A DNA stretch of 64,000 bases from Geosiphon pyriformis uo1 (lineage: Eukaryota; Fungi; Glomeromycota), in assembly GCA_016748015.1 (NCBI GenBank), contig JAAOMT010000239.1:344356-408355 (forward strand), written 5' to 3'. The notes below the pieces were generated by a model, which saw only the letters and a list, made by a program, of their open reading frames with translations, did not search any database and was not told the origin of the DNA. Positions 26,701 through 41,600 of the stretch are shown one piece after another. Made by a program: the position numbers and the translations under genes. Numbering within the stretch: position 1 is the stretch's first letter; every line of letters starts with the position of its first letter.

Positions 26701-27757
26701 CCCATTTGGCCTTCCGGTTCATCGCGCTCAGACATATCAAGTAAATGCTTCCCTCCTATTGCATAGCCTTTAAACTTTATGGCTACAAAATCACAGCCAA
26801 TTCCGTTCCTTTTGTAACTTACCTTTAAATTTCTCCCAATATTATCGAATATTCATCCATACCTTGAGTCTGTCCAGGATATGAATTTTTTTCTCCCCAG
26901 GGATAGGTGATAAATCTAGTAGGGAATCCTGGAATAAAAAGATTAAAAATTAGAATAAATAGACATTGGGCAGCCCTTCAAGATATTTTTACCATTTCTC
27001 TAACTGTTCCAGCAGCCTCCTCAATACGAAAATCGGCTAAATAATCATCAAAACGTTTCGTGCAAAGTTGTACCTTTTAAAGTAGAATTAATTATAAAAT
27101 AAGTTAATATTACCATCAAAACCAGGGTAAATTTTTCTTTTCTTTGTACCTCACGGATGTATTCCAATATATCAACCAACATATCAGCATTCTTCATATC
27201 TTGCATAATCACTTGGTTTTCGCGTAACGCCACCAGTAGCTTTTGCTTCGTTCCTAACTTCAAAAATATATGATAAAGGTTCAATATCCAAGCTTAAAAG
27301 TTGAGGTCTTGAAAAATTAATAGCATACATCAGGACTATAGAATCGTTGGGAAACGCTGTCAATATCGCTGCATAAAGTATCTATCTGGACGCATAGTTC
27401 ACCGGATTTTTGATCTAATGTGGCAAAAGTATCGCGTTGAGAATTGATTTTTTCGAAAACTTGGGTCTGTCAAGAGGGTTAAGAATGAGGAATAAGGTTC
27501 AAAATAAATAAGGACCTTCCACACATAAAATAAGCTACCTTTAGTTCAAAAATCTTTTGGTCGATTCGTTGAATGCAATCTATTATTGAGGTACGATCCA
27601 CAGGCGGTGAGGAAAGGAGCAAGTCTCGCTCTAGTTTTTTTTGTTTATTATCGACGGTTTCCCCATCTAATTTACTATCAAACGGTCCCTGCCCTTCAAG
27701 TATCGAAGAAATGAAGGCCAACGGAAGAGCAGTCACCGTAGTTGGTAGTGGTGGCAT
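23720..27757 (-). CDS. ZW10: ZW10/Dsl1 family kinetochore/ER-tethering protein (multi-exon)
   Basis: LDLFDLYRAIMPVYH, LIFYNDCFWLA, IEDLYDISAEES, VKNWEKY, ILDLSLAEIINRF, ENLICALFADTPLRARYL C-terminus typical of ZW10. Confidence 0.88.
26465..26770 (-). ncRNA. Candidate structured intronic RNA in the 543-nt ZW10 intron (26280-26822)
   Basis: GC-richer core with nested long-range complementarity (26756-26767/26513-26526, 26728-26734/26530-26536, 26714-26727/26541-26550); class not recognised. Confidence 0.35.
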
Positions 27758-29514
27758 TTCTAACCTAATTCTTCAAGAAAATATTGAGTTATTTGATTTA
27801 TATAGTTAGTTAAATTTCACATAAAAATTATTTTAAAACTTCAAAAATATTATTAATAAATATTTTTTATTTATATTACAGGTAATTAAAAAAAATTGTT
27901 TAATATAAAATTTTTATTTATAAGTAAAGTTAAATTATAAAATATTTTAAAATATTTTAAATTAACTTAAATGGCTAATTACATATAAAAAAAGCATAAT
28001 TTATGTTTAAATTTTTTTTTATTAATCATTTAATGAGTGCAGTTCAACTATTATTTAATATACATAAACAAACAAAAAATTTACAGTTAAATATAACTCA
28101 TACACTTTTTATAAGTGACTAACTATTTGAATCAACCAAAATTATACTATGTACTTATAATATAAACATTATTAATTAGATTAGAAAAAACAAATACAGA
28201 TTACAGATATTATAATTAATAATTACAGTCTTATCTATATTTAATAATTGAATTACATCATCTAAAAAAACTTTACTAAACCATACAAACTGTAAAGAAC
28301 TATTAAATTATTATAAACCAAATTACTTTTCTTTATTATTGTTTTATATATAAATCTATACAACCAAATTTTATTTCTATAATTCTTAATTAAATAACAA
28401 ATTATTAAAACAGTAAATATTCTAACCAGTTTGGTTTTTTTAAGCATTAACAAAGTCTTATTATATTGTTATAAATAAACCTAGTAGTATTATAAGTAAT
28501 TATTTGGAATATTAAAGCAAATAATAAATCTGTAACTTAATGTTTAATAACTATTAATAATAGTAATTTTTAAAGATTTTAAGATTTGAAAGTTTTGGTT
28601 AAGTTTTTTGTATAATAAACAGAGATTTAATTAATAATTTTCCTGTGAATTTTTTTTTTAATATAATAGTCAATTTAATCTAACAATTATACTCTTTTGG
28701 TAAGTTATTTTTAAGTTTTCTATTCTTGTTTTATGGGTTTTTTACCAAACTATTCTTAATATTAATTATTCAATACTTAATCTCTTAATCAATAGATAAA
28801 CAACAAAGAAACAAAAATAAATAAAAATAAATAAAAAATTAATATTCTGTTAATAGCTGTGATTAAAAATTATTGATTTAGTATAGTTAAATATCAGACT
28901 TTATTAATATAGATTATTGATAGTACAGAAATAATTAATATTTTTTAATTAAGTAATAATAACATAAATTAAATAATAATTAAGTATTTTATTAATATAA
29001 TTATAATTTTACTTTAAGTTATAAAAAATTATCTTGTAAAGAGAGAAATATTGGATAATTATTTGTTTTTAGCTTCTGTTCTGTCTTTTTTGCTTTTAAC
29101 ACTTTTATTATATATACATAATTTGTATTATATAAGATATTATACATTTTTACACTTTTTTTATACTACTTCTTAAAAATATGATTATTTCTGAAAATGT
29201 GTTGTAATTTCTTAAAAATGTGTCATAATTTTCTAATATTATGCTTACTTATTAAATACTATTCTTTTATTGGTTTATTTTATAATCTGTTTTTTCTTAT
29301 AAGTAATAGTAAAGTATAGTAATAATATTTGGTATTTTAAATTTAGATAAGAGAAGCTTGAAAAGTTTTTTTTGTAGACATATAAAGTATATTAATGTTA
29401 TTAATTTCTAAAAGTTTGTTATAAATGTGATTTTACTCATAAAATTTTTTAATTATAAGACATAAAGAGATAATTTGGCTGTTTGCAGTTAATATAAGTA
29501 AGTTATTTTCTTTA

Positions 29515-30262
29515 AGCTAGTTAAATATAGTTACTAAAATCTGGTGATGTTTTTTTGTTTTTTTGGTAAGTTAACAAAATAACATTAATATTTAATCCTA
29601 AAGAAAGCTTTTTTTTTACTAAACTATAACAAAGTCTATTTTTAGACAATTGATTTTTCAATGTTGTTATTCTACAAGAAAAATAAACAAAAGAAAAAAA
29701 AAGACAAAATTAAAAAAAAAAATTGGTATTATTAATTACCATAATTAAGAGTAATTGGTCTAAGTTATTATGATTTTGAGACATTTTATGCTAAAAACAT
29801 CTGGCCAAAAATAAAGATAAAAGAAATGATTAATTTAAGTTAAACACAAGAATTCATAAATTATGTATAAGTAATTTGGTTTTAAATATTTTTTTTATTT
29901 AAGATAAGATAAATAGAAAGATATTAGTTCTTATTTATTTGTCTATTCTTTCTTTTTTTGCTAAAACTACTTATTTTTATACATATTTTTTAGTTTTATA
30001 AAATTGTTTTTAATTGTTTATTATTATTAATTATTGCTTACTATTATTGTTGTTGTTTTGTTTTTTTGTATTATAACTAGTTATTCTATATTATAGTTAG
30101 TTATTTTGTATTATTTTATATTATTGTGTATTATTTTGTATAATTCTAAGTTATTATATGTTATTTTGTATTATTTCATATTATTATGTTTTTTTTATGT
30201 TATCATATTTTAATTATGTTTTTTTAATAGTTTTTGGATTGGTTTTTTTTATTTAGATAACA
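29515..30262 (-). mobile_element. Degenerate LTR-like repeat, copy 1 (inverted relative to 33171-33973)
   Basis: Reverse complement aligns with 33171-33973, e.g. 29960-30040 vs 33400-33480; starts TGTTATCTA on the minus strand. Confidence 0.55.
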
Positions 30263-33170
30263 ATATTAATTACTAAAAATTATTTTTTTATATAAAATTA
30301 TATATTTTGTATTATTAATAGCATTAAAAATATTAATTGTATTATCAAAAAAAACAAATTTAAGACTTTTACATAAAAAATTTACAAATTTAATATCTTT
30401 TTTAACAATTTAGAGTAATCTAAAAACTTAATTTTATTATAATAAAAATATAATATTATCTATTATATAGTTATTTATAAAAATTTTTTGTAAATAGCTT
30501 TTATAATATATATATAAAAATTAATAATATGTCTGCTTATAAAGCTTAAGTATATACTTGAATCTAAATATTATATTATTGTATATTGTATTAATTAATA
30601 TTATTAATTATGTTATAAAAGAGTATATTAATATTAAAACTTATTTTCTACTTAATACTTTTAATTAATTTATAGACTTAATAAATAAAATAGCAAATAT
30701 TGTCAAATATTACTATATTTTTAATTTACAAATAAATTTTTCTAATCAATATCAGAAAAAAAATATAAATAAAAAAGTTGTATTAGCTAATTCATTAATA
30801 ATTTTATTGTCAATTATATTTGCATATTTTTTGATTTTTAATTATAATACTAAAATATTTTTTTATATATTAAATTGTAAATTTGTTTTTTTTAATTTAA
30901 TAATTATTGCAAAAATCAGATTTATTCAAACAAAATTTTAAAATACAAATGTCAATAATAGCTTGACTGTTTGTGTAAATAATAATAGTATTAAAAAAAT
31001 ATATATTTAAGAATTAAAGTAATTATTTAAAGCTTAATAAGTATTAATAGAAATAAAAATATCAATATTTAGGCCCAATTTATAAAATATATAATAGTTT
31101 TATTCATAATATTATATAAACCTAAACTTTTTAATAAATCATTTGTAAAAATATTGATAATAAACAATTATACTATTTTTAAACTCTTACTAATTATTAA
31201 TATACTATAAAAATCTAACACATTTTTTCAAAAACTGCTATATTTATAAAAATTAATAAGTTTATAAATAAGTTTTTTCTGTAAAAACTAAGTAATAACA
31301 ACAAATCAATATGATACAAAATTTTTAAAATCAAATTTTTTTTAATAATAAAAAGTTTTTTAATTAAAAATATTATTTTACTTATTCAATAACTATTTTC
31401 TAAAAATCATACCAAAACTTTTTATAACTTTTTATTTAGAATATTAGAAACAAAAATACTTATTAAACACAAAAACACCAAGATTATAAAGCAAACTAAA
31501 AAAATAATATGATTTTACAAAATTTGCTAAAAAATTATTAATTAAACTAACTTGTAATCTTATTAAATATTATAAAAAATTCTGTAAATTCTAATTAATA
31601 ATTTAAAAATTTGTAAATTTGTAACTAAACAGTCTATTTATAATATTAAATGTATTTAAAAAGAAAACCAAAAATATTATCTTGCTTTTAGTTTAAATTT
31701 GCTCAAATAATTTAAGATAATATAATAACAAATAATACAAAGTCTTATTTAAAAAAATTTGAAGAAATTTATTTTATATTTTAATTTTTTTTATATTATT
31801 ATATCTTATTTTTTGTACATACTTTTTGAAACAAAACTAAATTGTAATTTATAATTAATTATTGGCTAAAATATAACAAAAACCAAATAAAAAAATTATA
31901 TTTGTAAAAATTTTTACATTTGAGTAAGCTTTAAATATACTATATTTAAAGAGACTATTTGTAAATAAAAAATATTCAAATAACAATATTTCTTTTTATT
32001 TATTGTAATTATAATAAGTGAATTACTAATAAGTAAGTTAGCTTTATTATATATTTATTAATTTTAAAAATTTTACTAATTAAATTAAAAACATATTGAA
32101 TTATAGAATAGTTGTTATTAACTTAAATAATATTATCCATAAATACATTCACTATAAAATATAATATTAATTTAAATTAAGTATTAATATAATCTGTTTA
32201 TAATACATATTTAAATTTAATATAATAACTAAAAAATTGTTTATGTTTTTTAACTTTGTACAAAAAAAATCATAAAAAATATATTATAATAAAGAAAAAA
32301 AAAATTTATCTTGGTTTAAACCATTTTAAATTTATAGTTATTAGTTAACTCAAAATTAGTTATAATTTAATTTAAATAATTTATGTAAATATTACCAAAA
32401 AATTTAATAAACTTGAAACATTTTAATTTTTAACAAACTATTTCTTAAATAAATTTATTTAACAAAATTATAAGTTTTATATATATTTTATAAAACTAAT
32501 TACAACTTATAATTTTTTTTAATATATATTTTTTATGATTAAACCAATTACAAAAATTAGTAATAAAGTAGATATATTTTTTAAAACTAAAAAATTATTA
32601 CTATAAAAAATATTTAATTGGCTATAAATATAATTTTAACAAAATTTTACAGACTGTTTTAATTAAAGTTATAAAACAAATATTTATTAAAATTTTTTTT
32701 TAATTAAATAGTTTAGATATTATTAAAATCTAATTTTGTTTCAAATAAATACTAATTTTTTAATCAAATAAAAATTTAATAAAACCAATAAAAAATCCAA
32801 GACACTCTTATTAATATACTGCTAAAATTCATTAAAAATATCAGAAAATTTAACTGTTTTGTCAACAAAAAGTAACTTTATTATTAAAAAAGCTTTTTAT
32901 AAAAAATTTATTTATTATATTCAAAAAGACACTATTATTTACAAAATTTAATAAGGCATATTATTGTTTTTATAATAAAAAATTTTATTAAAAACAATCT
33001 AATTTCTAGTTTATTTTAATATAATAGAGTCTATTAAGAACTTAATTTTATTAGGTACCAAAACAAATTTATTATTAATGATTAAATAATTTAAAATTAT
33101 TTTGTAAAAAAGACATTTTAAAATATTGCATATTATGTTATTTTTATTGTTTACAAAATTTTTTATATAT

Positions 33171-33973
33171 TGTTATCTAAGTTGAAAAATAATTAAAAAC
33201 TTATTAAAAAAATACAAAAATTTTATTATAATATAGAAAAAACATAATAATACAAGATAATATAAAATAATATAAAATAATACAAAATTATGTAAAATAA
33301 CTTAAAATAATACAAAATAACACGAAATAACACAAAATAACTAATAATAATATAAGATAGTTAATTATAATATAAAAAAATAAAACATAACTAAAATAAT
33401 AAGTAATAATTAACAATAATAAACAATTAAAAACAATATTATAAAACTAAAAAATATGTATAAAAACAAGTAGTTTTAGCAAATAGAAAAGATAAAAACC
33501 AGACAAAAATTAGCTTAATATTCTTATATTATTTTTAGTTTTAGAAATCTTTTTTTTATTTTTTATTTTTTATATTCTAAATTTACTAAATAAAATATTA
33601 TTGTTTAATTTACAAGTTTATAATCTTAATATTCTAATTATTAAGATTTGATTAATTGTTTTTATTTATCTTTATTTCAGGCCAAATACTTTTAGCATAA
33701 ATATTTTTGAAACTTTAATAACTTAAACTAATTATTCTTAATTATAGTAATTAATAAATATTAATTTTTATTTTTATTTTTTTTAGTTTTTTTTCTTTTA
33801 TTTATTTTTTTTTTATAAAGTAACAACATTGAAAATTAACTGATTGAAAATAAATTTCATAATAGCCTAATAAAAAAAAGCTTTTTTTAAGTTTAGATAT
33901 TAACTTTATTTTTTTAACTTATCAAAAGAACAAAAAAACAATATCAAATCTTAGTTACTGTACTTGATTAACA
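33171..33973 (+). mobile_element. Degenerate LTR-like repeat, copy 2
   Basis: Begins TGTTA and ends TAACA where homology to copy 1 stops; internal 10-bp minisatellite 33241-33360; no clean TSD. Confidence 0.55.
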
Positions 33974-36191
33974 ACAATTATACTTGTAAAAACAATATCT
34001 CTGTATTTTATAACAAAAAAACTTAATAAGTAAAATTTTAAACAAAAAAATTTTCAAAAATTAATAATTAAATTTATCTTCAAAATTAATTTATTAATAC
34101 TTATTCAGTTTTTAATATCTAATTATAAGCACTAAATATTATAAATATACTTTATTAAGTTTATTTGTAACAATATTTATTAATTGCCAAATTGATTTTT
34201 TTAGACTTAATATTATAAAATTTTTAAAATTTTTTGGCATAATAACTTTTTTAGGTCTTATAAAAAGCTAAATCAATAATATTAAAATCTAAACCAGTTT
34301 AAACTAATTCTTAAATCATTTTAGTCATATTAAAATTTATTTTTAAATATTTTTTTATAAATCTAACAAAATTTATATTTAAAACTAAAGATAAATATTT
34401 AAATATCTTGGAAACTAAAAGTTTTAAATCTAAAAAATAAGATAAATTAATATTTTTCATGCATAAAATTTTATCAATCCAAATTTTTGAAAACATTTAA
34501 TCTGTTATAAAATATATAATATTTTTAAAACAATTTTATATTATATTTAAATTATTTAATAACTTTGATTTTTTAAAATTATTCTTTACTTTATTTAATT
34601 TTTACAAAAAAATATTCTTAAAATTAACTTATTTAATAACATTAATATTTTTAAAATTGTATTTTTAATGATTTTTATTGATATGTTTTCTTAAATTAGA
34701 ATATAGTATTTAAAAAATCTTTTAATTTAATATATTTTAATAAACAAAATATGGTTTAAAAATATAATTAATAAAATATAGTTTAAATTACCAAAAATGT
34801 TAAATATATATTTATATTATTATATTATTTATAATATTAAAAAATATAAAATACAAATATTCAACAAAAATTAAAAATAAAAATAAAAATAATTTTTGGT
34901 AGAAATATAATTTTAAAAAATAATGCAAAAAAGCATATAAATTATTTAAAAATTATAAAATAACAATATTTAAATTAGTTATATTAATAATAAATTAATA
35001 TAAAAATTATTAACTAAAAATTAAATCAATTAAAAAGTTATAATTTATTGTAAATAATTAAATTTAATATTATATATAATTACATTAATATAAAATTATT
35101 TTTTTAAATATAAAAATAGGTTTAAATAACAAAATTTAAAGTATTATCATAAAATAATTTTTAAAATATAATTAAAAAATAAATTTGTTTAATATAATAT
35201 AATATAATATAAATTTGATTAATTTAAATAATTATTTATATATAAATTAAAATATACAAATTAAAATTATTAAAACAATTTTTTTTATAATTAAATTAAT
35301 TAATAAAATTTTAATTTGTATAAAAAACAATTATAAAAAATATAAAAACATATATATATGTATAACTATTGTAAACCAAAAACCAAAAAAATTATAAATT
35401 TAAAATACTAATATTATTAAATTAGTTAAATTAAATAACAAAATACAAATATTTATTTGTAATAAATTAATTAAAAAAAAGAAATAAATTTAATATATAT
35501 ATTAATATTTAAAATAAAATGTTATTATATAAAAATATTTATTTATTTTTATTAAATTATCTCAAATTTTAAATTTTTATGATAAACTTAATTTTAAAGT
35601 TCAAAAATAACAAAAATAAAAATCTAAAAACCAAAAAATATAATTGTATTTTAACATTGAGGAAAATATTTCTTTAATAATCATGTTCAATAAATATAAA
35701 ACCAAATAAATAAATCAATTGAAATAATTTTTTGGCAACTTTTTCTTCCAGCTAACATTTTACTTTTATCTAATTAAGTAATCATTATTACTATTTAAAT
35801 AGGATAATCTTGCAAGTTTTATTCTTTTCATCTGATTTTTAAAACTGATTATCGGATTTTTAAATACCAAAAAAGCATGAATTTTGATTACAAGTAAATA
35901 AAAGGGGCAGAGCAAATCAAGTTTTTTACAATTAGGGGATGTCTAAATGCTCTAATTATATTCGCCATCAATTATTGATGAGATCGTTGCACATTATGAT
36001 AATAATGAATGATTTAAAACCATCAAAGATCATTGTAAATGAACAAAAAACCATCAGCTTACATTAACCCTAAAATTTCATATAAATAGGAACCCTAATA
36101 GTATTAATCGATCTCTTTCTTTTTGATCTTTGAATCTCCGTACTTTTTTTTCCAAAGGTGTAACTTTTTTAAGTTTTCATTAAAAAATAAA

Positions 36192-38056
<1,865 letters not shown>

Positions 38057-38655
38057 CTTTATTTTCCTAAAAATTTCTCTAGTCTTAATAGAAAATTTTC
38101 TTTAATTATAATATCGTTGAATTACCTTTTAATTGTAATAACGGGAATTATAATTTATTATAAAATTTTCATTACTCAATCCCAGAATCGATTCAAGTAT
38201 AATATTGAAATCTTTGTTTATTTTGATTATCTTTTACTATTTTGATTAGCAAATAAAAGAAGTTGCGATTTTCATTTGTAATGATTTCATAAATCAATTT
38301 TTACCGGGAAATGGGCAATTTTAATTGTTTAAGAGTGAATTGTATTTCATATTAAAAATTTTCTTTGAATACATATAACCTGGTGGGAAATATTTTAGAT
38401 CTCTTTTGTAATCACAATGTCAACATTAGGTAGATTGTAAGAAGTCTGAAATCTTTAGATATTGATTATAAATCATTATACCATTTAATCCCGGATCGTG
38501 TTTCTTGTATTGATCGAGCTTCGTTGCACAATTCCAAAACTATCCAACAGCAAAGAATTTGGATTAGTAGAATTTATCATTTCCTACCCTTTGCGCTTCT
38601 CAATAGTTCTTAAACTTAACCGTGTAGGCCCTTTGTGTCCCACGGGTTTAACACT

Positions 38656-41600
38656 ATGCTTCTACGAGGGCTCACGTCTTTTCAACGGCACTTGTTTGGG
38701 GTCAAGACTTCCACGGCTACCGTGAAAAGTTTTTTGCGTGTACTTTCGACTTCAGGAAAAAGTTTCAGTCATGATATGGTATTTTACTCAGAACTTGTAA
38801 TTCGATGTTTTTTTAACCGGGAAAAAGAAAAAAAAACATTGTTGGAGCTTAATACCTTTATGGTTCTTCGTCGTAGTGTGTAGGAGAAATAGCTTTATCC
38901 CTGCACCGAAATCGGACGTCAGGAAAATTCGGTCAAGGGATATCTAGCTTTTCTTTCTTCCCCATGACACACGATCAATGGACAATTTATTGGAATCTTG
39001 GGCAAAGGCATGCATCCAAGAATACACGCGCAAGTGGATATTCGAATTTAGGATTGATCCTTTTCAATTGATTTTTCCGCAAACTTAAAGTTCATGTTTG
39101 GTTGGTTTTTTAGCCATTATTCCGTCGTAGTTACACAAGCTCCTCCGAGCAATCCCCAAAAAAATCTACAATTGATTCTATCAGTACTTCTCATTCCATT
39201 GGTGAATCTTCACAGTCTACAAGTAACGCCACCTCAGCCACCATACCTATTTCAAAATCTGAACCCATCGGGACAGCCCAAACATCAGCTGATTGGAAAA
39301 TTGTAAAACAACTTGCCAGTTATGTGTGGCCCAAAGATCAAATTGCCATAAAAGCACGTGTGGTAATTGCATTGTCTTTATTGATCGCAGGAAAGGTGAG
39401 AACAATGATGATTATGATGATGATGATGATGATGATAATGATGATGATGATGATAAAGAGAGAAATATAAAAAGTGGGCATTAACGTGGATCTTCAAATT
39501 TCATTATTGATTTGCTTTGAATTTCATTTAACCTATCAGATTTTGAATGTTCAAGTTCCCTTCTTCTTTAAAAATATTATTGATTCTTTGAATATCGACT
39601 CATCAACAGTGGATAATGTTTGGACTGTTGCTGGCTCTGTGCTTATTGGATGTATGTATTTTTTCTTTCCGTCCCGTTTAAATGTATATATTTTGATGTA
39701 AAAAAAAAGGGATATCAATATAATTTTCTGGGCAGATGGTCTCGCGCGAATAGGAGCTAGTGCTTTTGGAGAATTACGCAACGCTGTTTTTGCAAAGGTA
39801 GCACAGAAGGCGATACGACAAATATCCAAGAACGTTTTCTATCATTTACATAAACTTGATCTGAGTTTTCATTTATCCAGAGAAACAGGTGGATTGACTC
39901 GAGCTATTGATCGTGGAACAAAGTAAGTTTTTGAGATCTCAGTTGCACTGGCAAATTCTTGGAATTTATGGCACACGATTCCCATTCTTACTGTTTTGGA
40001 TGAACTGCGGTTCATTTTAATTTATGTATTTGTCTTGTTGGGATATGATTCATCATATATCAGAGGAATCAGTTTCTTGTTATCGGCAATGGTATTTCAT
40101 ATACTGCCGACTGCACTGGAGCTAGCAATGGTTTGCGGTATATTGGTGAGAAAGAAATTTTTTTCAATGCTATATTTGAACTTCTGATCTATATTATTCG
40201 GGTCATGTCTTTTAATTGTTATTTATGCACCAATATTTTATGTTTAGGTTCACCAATTCGGAACAAAATTTGCAACCGTGACATTGCTCACGATGAGCAC
40301 TTATGCGGCATTCACAATTCAAACAACGGCTTGGCGGTATGTATGTGTCCTTACAAGTTTTTTATGACCTTGGATCAAAACCGTTTATAGATTTCTAACA
40401 TTATATGTCTTGATAGCACGAAGTTTCGTAAGGAAATGAACAAAGCTGATAATCAGGCTGCGACGGTGGCTGTGGATTCATTAATCAATTATGAAGCCGT
40501 GAAATATTTTAATAACGAAGAATTTGAGGTCAAACAATATGATGAAGCTCTTGCCAGATACGAAGATGCATCAATGAAAATTGCAAGCTCTTTAGCTTTA
40601 CTAAATTTCGGCCAAAGTGTAATCTTCAGTACTGCTCTGACAACGATGATGTTTATGGCAGCCAATGGAGTCATCAATGGTACTTCCCATAATATGGGTT
40701 CCCTTTACTGTTTTCATATTTTCTAATGAATCATCATTTCATATTCTATTACATTAACAAAGGAACTTTGACTGTTGGGGATGTTGTTATGGTGAATCAA
40801 CTCGTGTTTCAGCTCTCGTTTCCTCTCAATTTCTTAGGCACTGTTTATCGTGAACTCAAACAGAGCTTGATAGATATGGACGTCATGTTTAATCTGCAAT
40901 CTGTAAATGCCACCATTAAGGTAATTTTATTTTGATTAATCTCTTGATTTTATTATGCATCCTTAACTTTTCTGCTTTTTAAATAGGATGCACCTGATGC
41001 CAAAACCCTCGTTCTCACTGGAGGAGAAATAAAATTTGAGGATGTTTATTTTGGATATCGTTCAGACCGGACTATTCTCACGGGTATTAGTTTCACCGTG
41101 CCAAGAGGCAAAAAGGCCGCAGTAGTCGGTCCCAGTGGTTGTGGGTGAGCTTGGTTTATGTTTGATTCGCTTAGAATAATAATTAATTCATATTGAAACA
41201 ATCCATAACTTGTTGCTCCCTTATTTAGAAAATCCACCCTTTTGAGACTTTTGTTTAGATTTTACGATCCTCAATCTGGAAACATTTATATTGATGGACA
41301 CAAGATTAAGGACGTTACTTCACACAGTCTAAGATCTAATATCGGGGTTGTCCCACAGGTAATTAAAAATACAAATAAATATCCCAAGGATTTGATTAAT
41401 TCATCTTCATTCCGTTTACTCTAGGATACTGCTCTCTTCAATAATACCATTTATCATAACATTGCCTATGGCCGTATAACTGCGGATCGTAGTGAAGTTG
41501 AAGCTGCAGCCAAACGTGCTGAGATTCACGATGCTATAATGAAGCTCCCAGAAAAATATGAAACACGTGTTGGTGAGCGAGGTTTGATGCTTTCCGGTGG

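Larger units (their letters stand above)
27800..35750. repeat. Gene-free, extremely AT-rich island of eroded repeat/transposon DNA
   Basis: No credible ORFs, near absence of CpG, contains an inverted ~0.8-kb duplication and minisatellites. Confidence 0.75.

Noticed and set aside
26480-26760. RNase P, SRP or TPP-riboswitch identity for the ZW10 intron core
   Set aside because: Only scattered word matches (GGAGGGAAGC, GTCTGAG, CTGAGA). The spacing and the required P4, helix-8 or GAUAAU elements are missing.
27800-35750. Centromere, organellar insertion or CRISPR array
   Set aside because: No diagnostic motif, no recognisable organellar genes, no repeat-spacer structure; eroded transposon DNA explains it.
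39293-39484. Poly-Asp ORF
   Set aside because: Translation of an intronic (GAT)n microsatellite within ATM1.
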